From Bugula neritina (lineage: Eukaryota; Animalia; Bryozoa), in contig OZ037765.1 in NCBI GenBank assembly GCA_964035545.1, positions 32,053,504-32,117,503 on the forward strand: a stretch of 64,000 bases of DNA, in the 5' to 3' direction. The notes below the pieces were generated by a model that saw only the letters and a list, made by a program, of their open reading frames with translations, was not told the DNA's origin and did no database searches. The translations under genes and the position numbers were made by a program. Of the stretch, positions 51,044-64,000 are shown in pieces; the stretch's first letter is position 1, and each line of letters begins with the position of its first letter.

Positions 51044-51789
51044 CATGCCAAATATTTACTACAAATTTCAAAACTAGCATAAATTAAGTAGTATTACCGT
51101 GCCTATTTGCATCCAATTTACTAGTCTTACATTTATAGCAACTGTAATGTATTTTGTCTAAAATGGTTCTTGCAAGTATTATTCAATTCATGTTCACATT
51201 GTAATCACAGCGAAGCTTAAACTTTATAGCTTTGTATTTACGCGCATGATTGAGTTTTAATTTTCTTTTTAATTTCATGTGCATTGAAAATATGTTTGAA
51301 AACTTTACCAATAAACAAAACTAAAAAAAATAAACACATAAAATAAAAAATAATAAAATCACAAAAGTGGCAAAATTTTTCCTTTATAACTTATATAAAC
51401 TCGCGGTACCAATCGCGGCATAATGATTTTTCATGCTTTAAAGTCAACACTCCTAAATATACCACACTGATCACAAGACTATTATCATTGCAACATAGTA
51501 TGCTTGTGCGTAATGGTATCGATTGGAAATTCCCCACGACACGGCGGGCGACATGATGTCATGAATTAGTGCATGTATAAATACGGAATCACCTTCCATA
51601 TTCACAGGCCATTACTGGTTTCTGCAGAGGTAGTTGACTAATAGAGCAATCATTCCACTTGTCTTGTAGCTCATCTCTCTTTCTTACAAAGAGTTATGTT
51701 CTCTGCCTGATTACATTCAGTAACCCACAAGCTACTACACCTGTCAAACTAAGTTATTCATATAATTAAGCAAAAAGCTAAAATTTAAA

Positions 51790-54591
51790 ATGAGTCTCTT
51801 TGAAAAAATATTTGGTTCTAAAAAGAAAGGAGAGACTCCTTCTCCCCAAGAAGCAATTCAACGACTCAGGGAAGTGCAGGATATGCTTACGAAAAAGTCT
51901 GATTTCTTAGAGAAAAAAGTTGAACACGAACTACAAACAGCCAAAAAAGCTGGTACTAAAAATAAAAGAGGTAACTATCTCATACCTGCATCTTTCACCT
52001 TTATATATTGGTAATTTTATAAAACTAAATATCATTTTCATTTTGAAACTGATTGTGACGGTGTCTCATAGTATCACTATGAGTATGACTCTGAGTATTG
52101 TAATGGATTTTAACGCTCTAGTAATTATATCGCGTCACTATTATAATTGACTTGGCGTAACTTTCTAAATACCGGTCTTGATCTTGATCTTGATTGGGTT
52201 AAGTCCCAAGACCTCTCGAATTGTGGGACCCTCGGATCTATCCAGGCTCAGAAATCCGCTACTATCTCCCCCGTACGGAGCTCCCGGACAGTGCGCAACA
52301 GGAACCCCTGCAGGTACAGGCTCGAATCGCAGGCTATAGCATTGAAAGTGTTAATACGGGTATTCATGTTATGGTACTGTTAAATGTTGTAATTATAGCT
52401 ATGTTGTTGTGTTGTATAGATAATTACTGCAACAAATTACTACCAACTTTCTTACTGTCACTATACTTTATTCTATCAAATCTCAAAGCTAACTGACTCG
52501 CTTGATAAACAAACAGTATGTCGCAACAGTAAGCCTAGGGCTACACGGTGCGTATTTTCGCATGCGAAAATTGAAATCACGGGTAGCAAAGGTATCCACT
52601 GTGCGCGTTGAGAAAACATTCGCACTTGTCGCTCAGCATTTTCAACGCAAGTGCGAATCGTCTCTGTCATCGTCACCTAATTGGCTGGTAGTTATTCAGC
52701 TGTAATCTGTGTCAACCAATCAGGATCAACCCCATCTATATAAGTAACGCCTTCCGGCGCCCACTGCCAGTCTTGGACAGTATTAGTAGCTACTAGGATA
52801 ACTGTATGTAACTGCTCTATTATTTCTATATTTTTCTCTCTTTATGTATCATACTTTTACTCAAATATAATTAACTAAATACAGTTCTCTCATTCCATGA
52901 TCAACTTGTTAGGTTCTTCACATAACCTCAAAGTGGATATGCAGTAATTACTAGCACACAATAACACCCAATCTAGTAGTGCACAAAACTACAAAAATAT
53001 GCTACGTATTTCTGGTTTTGTAAATGAAAACTTGCTTTTCTCATTGTCTCTTCTTATTTAAGCTGTTGCACCATTTCCCTTCTTTTGTATTTTGTGTTGC
53101 TGCCTTTCCAACAGCTTTCCCATTTTACCTTGGCAGATATTGGGCATTTTTGTTGGTAAACAACTGTTTTTTTTTCAATTCTTAGTTGCCCTAGCAGCAC
53201 TAAAAAGAAAGAAGAGATATGAGAAGCAACTTCAACAGATTGACGGTACTCTCTCAACTATTGAGTTTCAAACAGAAGCATTGGAAAATGCTAATACTAA
53301 TACAGAGGTCCTCAAAGTCATGAGAACTGCTGGGCAGGCACTGAAAGGAGCCCATCAAAACTTGTATGTTATTAAGTCCTGTTTACCTTCTAAAGTTGCA
53401 AAAGCTGTTTTTCTAGCCTATTTATTTATAGTGTTCTCGACACAAATATATATACAATAAAAAAGTTGTAGAGCTATATTTTTGTCAACTCCGCTCATGT
53501 TATGTTATTGTGTTATATGTAACTGAGATTATTTCCGTACCCTACGTAGACATGTAGATCATGCACATCACCATGCATCATATTTTTCACATAGACACAT
53601 GTATTATATAATATGTTACACAAAGATGTATACAAAGTATATTATATTTCACATAGGGATGTAGATCAAGTACACAATATTATGGATGACATAGCCGAAC
53701 AGCAGGAGATAGCCAATGAAATGTCAGAAATAATCAGTGCTCCTGTAGGATTTGGACACGACTACGATGAGGTCAGCAATCTCCTTGAACTACGTAATTT
53801 CAAAATATATTCTTCGGATGAATTTTGTTGTATGTAACTCTCCTAATTTAAAAGTAACCAGACAAAACAAGGCTGGGTTTGTTTAATGGGCAAACAGGCT
53901 TTGAGATACCGTCATAGTTCAAATAATGTGAGTTTTAAAGCCTATACTATATAATGAAGTATGCATAAGACTAGCAAGAGTCCTGCTTAAACATGGCCTG
54001 GTGAAAACTTTCAGTAACTATTTTATGACCGTTAATTGCTTTCTGTTTACAGGATGAGTTGAACGAAGAGTTGGAGGCACTGGAAGAGGAAGAACTCGTT
54101 AGCCAAATTGTGGGTATAGATGAGCCAACCAGCCTACCCAGCGTACCTACCTCCAGCCTTCCCGCTGCCAGAACTACTAGTGAGTGTACAAGTACTGTCT
54201 AATTATGTGTTGTGTTGTTAGTCAGCATTATTGATTAATTGATTTATTATATATATTACACAGGCATGAAAACAGGTTGGGGAAATTTAGTCTAAATACT
54301 GGCTATAATAAGTAGACATGAACAAAGTTGGAAAAAAAGTCAGAACTCTGTTGGATTATTTAAAATAAAAGATCATTTAAAGTATTTACAATGTGTCGTA
54401 AAAAGCTACTTTTCGTTTGAAAGTTGTTGGAAGCAAAAATATGTTTAATTTGCTTTCTAATCATAGTTAAGCTTAGAGTATGTTTATGACAGCCAGAAGT
54501 ATTAATATGATTTCCTGGTGATGTTACAGCAACAGCGGCAGCGGAAGAGGATGATGAGATGGCTGAGTTGAACGCATGGGCTGCTGCGTAA
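51790..54591 (+). CDS. CHMP4: ESCRT-III subunit CHMP4/Snf7/Shrub, copy B
   Basis: Intact five-exon ORF with about 9 amino-acid differences from copy A and canonical splice sites. Confidence 0.88.
52099..52930. mobile_element. LTR-like fragment(s) in CHMP4 copy B intron 1
   Basis: Starts TGTAATGGATT...CGCTC, similar to the reverse complement of the solo-LTR end at 48656. GTAT occurs before 52099 and after 52515. A second block has CCAATCAG and CTATATAAG (52716-52745). Absent from copy A. Confidence 0.45.
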
Positions 54592-55437
54592 GGCTCTTGT
54601 TGACTTGTTTCAAAAAAGGTAAAATTGCAGTTTCTTCTTGAAATTTTGGATGCAAAATTATTTTGGCAATTAAAATGTGACGACCACCTGTGTGTGGTGC
54701 AATAATGTCTATTCTATCATTCAAAGGGTTTTTTTACATCTTAAGCTGCTTCTGTTACTCAACTATCTAATTAAAGCTGAACTGAGATAATTGTGAAAAT
54801 ATAACCTACATTGAAGGAAAAATATTTCCCATAAAGATGTTTTTCATTCTTGCATAATATTGTCTGCCTCTACCATGAAGTTCATTTTTTTTCTGAAGTA
54901 TATATTTCTATACTGTATAACCAAATGATTAGTTATATAATGTGATAGAGGAAGAAGTTAGATATATGAATATATATTTTAATGAGTGTTCGTATTTTAG
55001 GTCTAGTTGTATTTGTGTAAAGCCCTGTTACTCACCATCCTAACGAGATGTTACACTACAGCTATCACACCTAACTAGTACCTTAAGAGATGAACAGCTC
55101 AACTGCAAACTCTAACCAAAACTGCAAACTTAAAGTACTATTCAATAGACATCTAACTGTGTAGTATTGTATTTTATCAACCCAGCTGTATTATATCATA
55201 GTGTATGCCATATTTTTATATTGACAACATATTATATGCTCTTAATGTTACAATAATAATCGTTTGTACTGCTATTAACTATAAAATAAAGACCTAAATT
55301 ATTATACAAATTAAAATAGTTGTTACTCATCCAAAGTGCTCATTAAGTTATTTATAAAACGTTTACACTATACTATACACAGGAGTGACATAAATATCAA
55401 CAGAACATATAAAAATACAGAGAAAATTCAAGTCAGA

Positions 55438-57930
55438 TCATCTGAAGTACTGCGGGTTGAATGACACCCACCCCGAATGTTGAGCACCCTGTTTCTTAGC
55501 TTCGTCGCTGCTAGTGAACAGTGACTTGTACACTTCACTCGACTTGGGGTCATTTTGAACAGACAGAGATTTGCTTTTTACAGTCTTTGCTGCCGAACTG
55601 GCAGCAGTAGCAGACTTTGACTTGCTTTTGTCCAACGACGTCTCGCCTTTGTCCGTGAGCTTTGCTGCCTTTGAAGAAGGCTCCCCCTCGCTGTCGGTCT
55701 TAGCTTTCTTCTTGCCTTTCTTGGACTGTTTGGCAGCGAGTCTTCTCTCCTCCATTCGACTCTTCATCAGCTCAAAGTCAGCGTCATCTCCGTTTAGAAC
55801 TATTACATCGTCGGCAGCATAGGGCTTGGCACACTGACAACAATATACTATGTATACAACTCATATTTATGATACTCGACACTCTGTAGAGTATAACAGA
55901 GCTACCGTGGTTCAGCTTGCAATGTAAGTTGTGACAAGCTGACAGAAAATGTATCACCAGCTGACACTTCAAGGTTAACTAAGCAGAAATAATTTATGCT
56001 CAAGCCGAAAGTGATACTTTACGGGCAGGGCAGTGGACGTCCCTCACTGACCTTATGACAAAGAGATGAAGGAACCTCCTTGAGTGCTCTTTCAGAAATT
56101 ACACATCCACAGGTCCATATGAAGCAGAATCTGCAAAAAGCGTTGAAAATATAAAAAATATTTCCATATAGCACGTGTATAGCACGTGTAATCTCCGTAG
56201 CTCTAAGAATATATTTAATTTTCACGCAGTAGCTGTATAGCATGTGTATGGAAAGAGAATGAATATGTGGAGGTAAAGTATGAGTGAACCTGTGTTTTCC
56301 ATTCATTTCAAGGCCAGTGACGGGGCAAATGTAGGGGGCGCAGTTTGAGATGTCCATTTTATTGTCAGTTCTGGACAAGGCAGGGTTATCTGTTAGCTGC
56401 AACTCTTTCACATCCTTCAGTCCTCTGATGTGGGCCAACTTGGCAACACCCTCGTACTTCTGCTTGTCAAGTAGGCACTCCAACACTGATTCCTTGTTGT
56501 ACAGACTGTGAGCAAACAGGCAGTGCTGAAGCTTTCATTTCATATACATGAGTCGATAACCAAATTTCAGTTTGTATGTGTACATTAGTTCTCTACAATC
56601 CAGCTCTGTTGTGATTTGAATGAAACAGTTGGATTTGTAGAAATAATCTTATTTGTCCTATTCAAGCATACACATTCTATTTATCACGGCGAGTCAAGTA
56701 TGAACTGAGTTATTCCAGTCACAAGGCTATTATCATTGCAACATAGTACGCTTGTGCGTAATGGTATAGATTGGAAATTCCCCATGACGTCATGAATTAG
56801 TGCACGTATAAATACGGAATTACCTTCCATATTCACAGGCCATTACTGGTTTCTGTAGAGGTAGTTGACTGATAGAGCAATCATTCCACTTGTGTTGTAG
56901 CTCAGAAGTCTTGTCTTTCTATAACATAATCATATAATACTAAGAGGTGCATGAATACAGTTTGTCTCAAGTATAGTCATGCATGATAATGCAAGGGAAG
57001 TTTGTGTGAGCATGAATCATCAAGGCTGAATATTCCACTCTGTAAAAGCAATGATGCAACATAGCACTAGTAACTAGTAGTACACGCTAGAGATGAAAAC
57101 ACTGCCTCTGTGGAAAATACACTCCCCCCTTAATAAGAAGCTATTGTTATGTCATATACATGCCCAAACATGTCATTAGAAAAAAGAGGATAACCCTGAA
57201 ATTATATAAATTTATAGAATTTATATAATTTCAGTGACAAACAGGTCACTGGAGTGACTATGGCCTAATGTGTTATTTAGCTATTAGACTAGGGTTCAAG
57301 GTCAACAGAAGGCACAGCTAATAACAATATGGTTACAAAAATTTAAGAAGGTAAACTTGTTGATCAATTTTTATATAGAAGCCAGAAAAGAGGCAAGTCT
57401 GTTATCAACACAAGACATTTTGAAAATTCAAATTCACTAGCAAATAAATTTTATATCTGAATATAGATAATTTAACTGACAATGCAAACAGTAGAGGTAT
57501 GAATAAATCCACCAGATGCAGCCTAATTATGTAAATGTGTAACAGCTGATGTTTCCGTAGTAATCAGTCGACATATATTATTTGTTGGGTCGAATTGATC
57601 TCTCACCAAAAAGAGCTTTTCAACTTAACAATTCTATTAGAAAATCTGTCGGCAATAAGGCTCACAATCAATGATCACTTCAGTTTGAATCTACACACTA
57701 CTCATTAAACCATTGAAAGAGAACGCCATGGCAACAGAGTACATAGGAGAGCCTTTGTTTTACATGCAAAGCCAATACGATTCACAACACTACGTATTTT
57801 AACAAAGCAAGAGCAAAATTAACAACTTCTGATTATAGTGAACTCTAGGTATAAGATTAACCTTTTCTGGTTTCTTTTTCTCTTTCACCAACTCATCTCT
57901 CCTAGGAATAGTTCCACCATCTGCTCCCAT
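55438..57930 (-). CDS. RTF2: Replication termination factor 2 (RTF2/RTFDC1), intact copy B
   Basis: MGADGGTIPRRDELVK start, CSISQLPLQKPVMACEYG, LYNKESVLECLL, HIRGLKDVKEL, YICPVTGLEMNGKHRFCFIWTCGCVISERALKE and SEVYKSLFTS...WVSFNPQYF. Confidence 0.95.
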
Positions 57931-58341
57931 CTTGTGTGGCCAAACAACAGCTACATAAGTAAAATTTATGGATAGATTAAAAAAGAGTTACTAAACTAAA
58001 ATCTTTAATAAAACAAACTTGTAACACTGGACAGTAATAGCTGAGATACTTGAAAGAATAAGAAAAAAAAGGAGATTAATTATAATCAGACAATCATGCA
58101 CATAGAATAATTTACAAGTTCTAGAAAAGTGTAGCAGTACAAGTGTTGTCTGACTAAAGAAATGATGCCTCACAAAAAACTGAGCTTTTACAAGAACTTG
58201 ATGTTCAACACAGAAAAGAATGATTTTAAAGTTTTAAATACTGTAAGTTGCCACCATTGAAAAAATAACTAAACTATTGTAAACAGAACCAAGTTGATGC
58301 AACCTAGACAGTATGAGGTAGGGAGGCTAACAAATAATCAA

Positions 58342-58401
58342 TTGTGTGTGCGTGTGTGTGTGTGTATGTGTGCGTGCGTACGTGTGCGCGCGTGTGTGTG
58401 T
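58342..58401. repeat. (TG/CG)n microsatellite
   Basis: Alternating purine-pyrimidine tract. Confidence 0.9.
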
Positions 58402-60400
58402 GGTTTTACTTTTTTTAATACACACCAACAAATTAGGATAAACTTAAAAATTGGTTGTCATAAAAACATGATAGTTGGTACTTTTATGAGCATTTCAAAT
58501 ATGTACAAAAAAGGCGTAAAGAGAACTCTACAACAATAAAGTTCTACATTTGATCATCACAGTAAAGTTGTTAACGTGAAGCTAACACAATTATGCTATA
58601 AAATTGATTACAATATCAGTAACCAGGCATAGCAATCACAATCGATCACAAAGTTCATCCCGGTTGATATGATAAATTATTATTTAGGGAAGATTTGGCG
58701 AGTCTTGACTTCCACTTACAGTCAGTCGGACTCAGTCAGTGAGTATCAACATTATAGATTCAGGAACTTGCTTTCAGTTAAAGACCAAAAGCAGTTTAAT
58801 TTATATAAAAATTTATATGACATTACTCATACTATTAGTACTATTGATAATTGAGTTTTAAAATAGTCACAATAGAGTTTCACGAACTGAAAACTAAATT
58901 TGATCAACATAATTAAAAACAAGTGATAACCAAAATGATAAAGAACTATAAGTTCAACTGTAAAGGTAAACTATCAGCTAAAGTATAACTAACTGTATAA
59001 CTGTAAGACTAACAGTAACAATAAATCTAAGAGTAACACTAACTCTAACTGAGTATTACTATGAGTATGACTGCAACACTAATTATAACTATAAGTTTGA
59101 ACATCAGCATGAGTATGATTGTAACTATGAGTGTAACAGTAATACTAGCGACTAACACCAACAGTAACACTGTCAGTAATTGTGTAAGTCAAAGTGTACC
59201 TTACACTTAAAATTACACTGTGAGTCATAACATGGGAGTTATCATAAGACTAACTTTAAGTCAGTAACAGCAAGTGTGTCAGTGTGACTGTGAGTGTGAC
59301 TGTGAGTTTGACTATCATACACACAGCCATACTTACTAACTAACTTACAGTCACAGTGATACAGTCCATCAGTATGACTATGAGCATCACATCCAGTTTC
59401 ACTATCACTAAGATTATGAGTATGACATTGACTATCAGTATCTAGATCACTATCAGTAACAATATCAATATGAATATCAATATGGTATAAATCTATGACA
59501 TTGAGTTTGACTTTGAGTGACTATCACCATGACTCATGAGCATGAATATTAAGTTTAACTATTAAACTTATAGTATAAGAGTTATAGTATGAGCATTGTC
59601 ATTATCGGGCTTATGATTGTCATTATGATTATCAAATTAAATTAAATAAATTTAAAATTATCATAATCATAATGATAATGATAATCATAATGATTAATGA
59701 TTAAATCATTAATCATCATTATGATTATGATTATCATTAAAATATTAGTGGCCATCATTGTCAATAATGTAATTTATGATATAGATAATATCATTATTAT
59801 GCTATCAAATAATGACCATTAGTATTACTACATTGCCAAAATAAAAATGATTATAAATTAGAATGTAATTTAGATATCGAAAACCCAAGAAACTTCAAAA
59901 CAAAAAAGGACGGATTTAACTTTTAAACATTTAAAAATCTACTCGCTCATTTTCGGAAAATCAACGCTCACCAAATATATTTATTGTTGATTCATGTAGA
60001 ACAATAAATAGAGATCAATGCTTGCCAAGACCTAGAACTTTAGGTTTTATCAAATAGGTATCGTAGGCCCGTCAGCTTTTATTAGTTAATGTTGGTTCTC
60101 TACTACGTTTTGGAGGAGTAAAAATTGAGTGAGCTCAAGTTCTGGTTTTATTCTGCACCATGTCAAGTGTGAAATGATAATCATAATGATAGTCATAAGC
60201 CTAAGGGCTCAAAGTTATCATTATGGCAGTGAAAATCAGTGCTACTGCGTTTACGTTTAGTTTCACTACTACTTTAACTTTATGTTAGGCTTAGAGTAAG
60301 TTGATAAGCCAATAAAACTAAATCTAAAGGCGTAAATGTAATGCCATTTTGATTTTTATTAAATTTGATAATAATATTATTATTATGTAATGCCATTTTT

Positions 60401-63189
60401 TGTAATATAACGTCCGACTTACTTGACAGTCAGTTTAAGAGTCCTTGTGCAGTCTTTACTTTCACTCTCAATATAGCCAATATCCAAGCCGTACAAGCTG
60501 GTAGGAAATCCGAATGCTTGTAAGGCAGTTAGCCAATCACCTCAGGTTAGCTTGTAGCTTATCTGCTAAAGACTATAAACCACATTATATTCCATGCCCT
60601 CCCTTTTATAGAGATGAACCACTTAATATTCCATGCTCTCCTTTTGGGGATTTAATAGAAAGCAAAACATGGAGTTGAGTACATAATATTCCATGCTCCC
60701 CTTTGAGGAATTTAGTAGTATAAAGTAATGCATGGAACTGAGTGGTTTGTCGGGCTGAGCAGCAACACCAAAATACCAATTAGCCTGATAACACAAAATA
60801 CCAACCTCTATGTACAGTACACAGTTTGGTTTACCACCAAAGTGGTTCCCAAAATTGCCACCAAAGTGGACTTTAGCCTGACCACCGGAGTGGACAATAA
60901 CCTGACCACCAGAGTGGTCGTGAACTTGATCACCGAAGTGATCATCTTTAGCACCACCAGGGTGGGCTAATACTGTGCCACCAAGGTGGACTTCCTGCGC
61001 ATCCGCTTTACCAGGTGTTTGACCTAGGTCGCCCACTGGTAATTTCCCTAGCTATAACTAAGTGCTAGAAATCACTACTGCTACTTCAATGTATTTCTCC
61101 AAGAAACCAACTGAGCCTCAGTGCTAACTACAGTTAACAGACAATGGTTCTTCAATTCCCTCAAACCTAGTATATTAGACTTAGAACCTTTAATAACATA
61201 CAGGTTAGTTACTGTTTTCTTAAACTTGCTTCCTAAAACAACTTCAGCTTTGCCTAACACTGAGAGCTGGGAGTTGTCGGCACTCTTTAAAACTCTATCA
61301 CTTTCGTGAAGCTTAAGTGCTAATGTTTTACTTGTGTCTTCAGTAATTGTAGACACATCTGCACCAGTATCTAAAACAAACTCAATATTTCTATCATTAA
61401 CACTAAGATTCTGTTTCCATGTTTCAGCTCCATCATATGGTTCACTATCAATAAACCTAACCTTACTAGAGCTGACAGCTCTAGTTCTAGGTGATCTCCA
61501 AGAAGAACTATCTTTACTATCCACTGACCATTCTCTATCTGAGCTGCTACTCCTTTGACTTCTATAGTTACTTCTACTAGAGTAATCTTTGTCCTTGTAA
61601 GACCTACGCATTCTACAGTCTCTTGCTATGTGGGCATGTTTTCCACACGCATAGCATCTTATTTTTGGACAATTCCTAGCAACATGCTCAGGTTTATGAC
61701 AAACATAACATAAACTGTCTGAACTGCTACTACTACTATTACTGTTAGCTCTATGTCTACTCCTATAGTCTGGAGACTTGTGGCGAGAATAATCTCGACT
61801 ACTATCTCTAGAACTATATCTACCTTTATGTCTATTATTATCATAGTAAGATGACCTTCTGTCCGTTACTCTATCAGACTTAGTTCTAACTTCAGCTATG
61901 TTAGCAAAGTTATTATTCAAATTAGAACTACTAGATCTAACCTCAGAAACCATTGCAGCAGATTCTCTAGCAATATTCCTAGTCTTCAAAATATCAGACA
62001 ACGCTTTCCAAGTGATATTTTCATTAAGCATAAGTTGTCTCCTCAGATATTCATCTCTTAAACCAACTACTGCCATACTAATAGCAAACCTTTGTCTAAG
62101 GTCTTCCACACTAGCCCCTTCAACAAATCCTAAATTTCTACTATGTTTCTCAACACGTAGCAAATACTCTAGCTCATCTTCGCCACATGTTTGAGACAAA
62201 GTTGCTGCTTTAACCCAAGCCACGTGGACATTTTCTGTTTTCTCATAGTGACCTTTCAACAAATTTAAAGCATCATTATGAGCATTATCATCATTCCTTT
62301 CAAGATCAAATCCTAAAGATTGTAACACATCAATACCCTCATCTCCAATAGCATTGAGCAGAGCTAGAAACTTAGCTTCACCTCTAAATCTATTTACTGC
62401 AATATTGGACAGCATTTCGGTACCCATTTCAAGGGTTGCTAATCGAACTGACAGGTTGTATTTTACCAACCATTTCTTAAAACAATCACTCTGATTATCG
62501 GAGCTCAAAACTAACTTAGGAAACCGATTGAGGTCGGTAAACCTAGTGTTAGTTGCCATTATGATCTGAATGTGAGCGGGATATAAAATTTAAAATTTTA
62601 ATTATCACTACCAGAAAGCTTGATTATTTTAATAATTAATAACCCTGTTAATCTTTAAACCTAATATTAAATTTGAATTTATCAAATCTAATACTCTAAC
62701 CGAATTATAAATAATAATATTAATGTTTCACTGTTGCTCCACTAACTCCTACTCTTACTCTACTGATAACACTAAATAAACTCCACAAATGTATCTCGAA
62801 TAAACTTTTAGTTTTATAGTTACTCTCCACTGTTTGTCTCCCCTCTATTATTTAATTCTGCTCCACTATTCACTTTTCTCCACTATTTGATTCTTCTCCA
62901 AACTCCACTATTTGATTCTGCTCCACTCTTTATTTCTTCTCCACTATTCACTCCTTCTCCACTGTTGACTGTCTACAATCCTGCTGACTGCGCCATGAAA
63001 TATAACGTTCGACTTACTTGACAGTCAGTTTAAGAGTCCTTGTGCAGTCTTTACTTTCACTCTCAATATAGCCAATATCCAAGCCGTACAAGCTGGTAGG
63101 AAATCCGAATGCTTGTAAGGCAGTTAGCCAATCACCTCAGGTTAGCTTGTAGCTTATCTGCTAAAGACTATAAACCACATTATATTCCA
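60401..63189 (-). mobile_element. Young non-autonomous LTR retrotransposon (Ty3/Gypsy-like, gag + protease only)
   Basis: 194-bp LTRs at 60401-60594 and 62996-63189 with 2 visible mismatches and TG..CA ends. T-run TSD. PBS TGGCGCAGTCAGCAGGATT (complementary to a tRNA-Ser-like 3' end) next to the 5' LTR. PPT AAAAGGGAGGGCA before the 3' LTR. Confidence 0.93.
61081..62559 (-). CDS. Gag (two CCHC zinc knuckles) + retropepsin aspartic protease
   Basis: CYVCHKPEHVARNC, CYACGKHAHIARDC, catalytic FVLDTGADVS and NILG motif. The ORF ends right after the protease. Confidence 0.9.
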   Translation of the reverse strand: MATNTRFTDLNRFPKLVLSSDNQSDCFKKWLVKYNLSVRLATLEMGTEMLSNIAVNRFRGEAKFLALLNAIGDEGIDVLQSLGFDLERNDDNAHNDALNLLKGHYEKTENVHVAWVKAATLSQTCGEDELEYLLRVEKHSRNLGFVEGASVEDLRQRFAISMAVVGLRDEYLRRQLMLNENITWKALSDILKTRNIARESAAMVSEVRSSSSNLNNNFANIAEVRTKSDRVTDRRSSYYDNNRHKGRYSSRDSSRDYSRHKSPDYRSRHRANSNSSSSSSDSLCYVCHKPEHVARNCPKIRCYACGKHAHIARDCRMRRSYKDKDYSSRSNYRSQRSSSSDREWSVDSKDSSSWRSPRTRAVSSSKVRFIDSEPYDGAETWKQNLSVNDRNIEFVLDTGADVSTITEDTSKTLALKLHESDRVLKSADNSQLSVLGKAEVVLGSKFKKTVTNLYVIKGSKSNILGLRELKNHCLLTVVSTEAQLVSWRNTLK

Positions 63190-63229
63190 TTTTTATTAAT
63201 AATAATATTATGAACAAGAAAATGAAATT

Positions 63230-64000
63230 AAGATTAACTTTAAGATTTCAATATTCTCATCTCATCTAATTAATCTCACTAGGAGCGCTTTGGCTCCTTT
63301 ATCGAGATGCAGTGGTGTATGAACAATTGGTTAGATTATCAGTAGTAAGGAAGAAAACCATTTTGTCTACGAGATAAGAATATAGTTAATTATGCTTTGA
63401 TTCAAAGCTCAATAGCTAGGTACTGCCAGGAAAGAAAAAAAGAAAAAAGAGAAAAAAAAAACAAAAGTAAATAAATATACACCGCACAGCTTCAGATGAT
63501 ATAAAGCAGAGTCGGTGTTAAGTGCTTATAATCAGTTAGGCAAAGCAGCTAGAATCATTAGAAAAGTTTATGGATGCGATGTTTATATGAATGTTTGGCA
63601 CTTTTGGAATTGATATTGCCCTTAATAGCACCATGTCTGGTATTGTGAGACTCTGCAAAATGAAGGGAGAACCGGTCTTGGTCTATAGCGGCACTACCAG
63701 AAAGCATACGAAAGTACATTTTTTGGTCTGCATTGTCACGTCTTTGTGCAAGGCTATCCCAATTAAAATTTGTCATGAGCTCAGTTATATGATCTCGTTT
63801 TCTCTTACAGAATGTCCACCTGAAGGCTTTTCTATTTATACCTTCTATGATGTTGATGTTTTTCAATTTAAATGGAGACCAGGTGTGGGTCGCAAATTCT
63901 AGTATAGGGCGACAGACTGTTTTATAAGCTATGGCTCTGGTTTTACTTTTAGCCTTTTTTAGACAGCGCATCAGCATGTGTAATAATTTATTAGCTTTTG
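63230..64000 (-). mobile_element. 3' end of a non-LTR retrotransposon (LINE ORF2 C-terminus + 3' UTR); continues beyond the window
   Basis: ORF 63558-63977 contains AYKTVCRPILEFATHTWSP...IEGINRKAFRW...NWDSLAQRR, typical of the post-RT region of CR1/L2-group elements. The exact 3' end is uncertain. Confidence 0.8.

Noticed and set aside
61036-61083. Stop read-through or frameshift from gag-PR into a pol ORF
   Set aside because: Several in-frame stops follow immediately, and the downstream ORF has no RT, RNase H or integrase motifs.

Overview
AT-rich, intron-containing eukaryotic DNA from what looks like a compact invertebrate-animal genome; there are no prokaryotic features. Gene order: 3' part of a possible TIR-adaptor gene (+), SRSF7/9G8-like SR protein (-), fzr1/Cdh1 (+), UQCRH (-, missed by the ORF track), a CLCC1-like gene that splices in frame onto a complete GLOD5-type glyoxalase/VOC domain (+), ELP3 (-), PAXIP1/PTIP (+), then a tandem duplication of a CHMP4(+)/RTF2(-) cassette. 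The first RTF2 copy is a truncated, frameshifted pseudogene carrying a nested transposon stack: a hAT-like fold-back element containing a solo LTR and a second TIR element. The window ends with a young gag-protease-only LTR retroelement and the 3' end of a LINE. The most unusual signals are: (1) phased degenerate hexamer tracts (SWS-TAW)n beside almost every promoter, four of them sharing the exact 14-mer TAAGTCAAAGTGTA; (2) the CLCC1-GLOD5 fusion; (3) a solo LTR holding a ~120-nt GC-rich hairpin with a hammerhead-like core; (4) a candidate poison exon in the SR gene. Exon models were read by eye from GT/AG sites and reading phase. Protein identities come from recalled family motifs, not from database searches.
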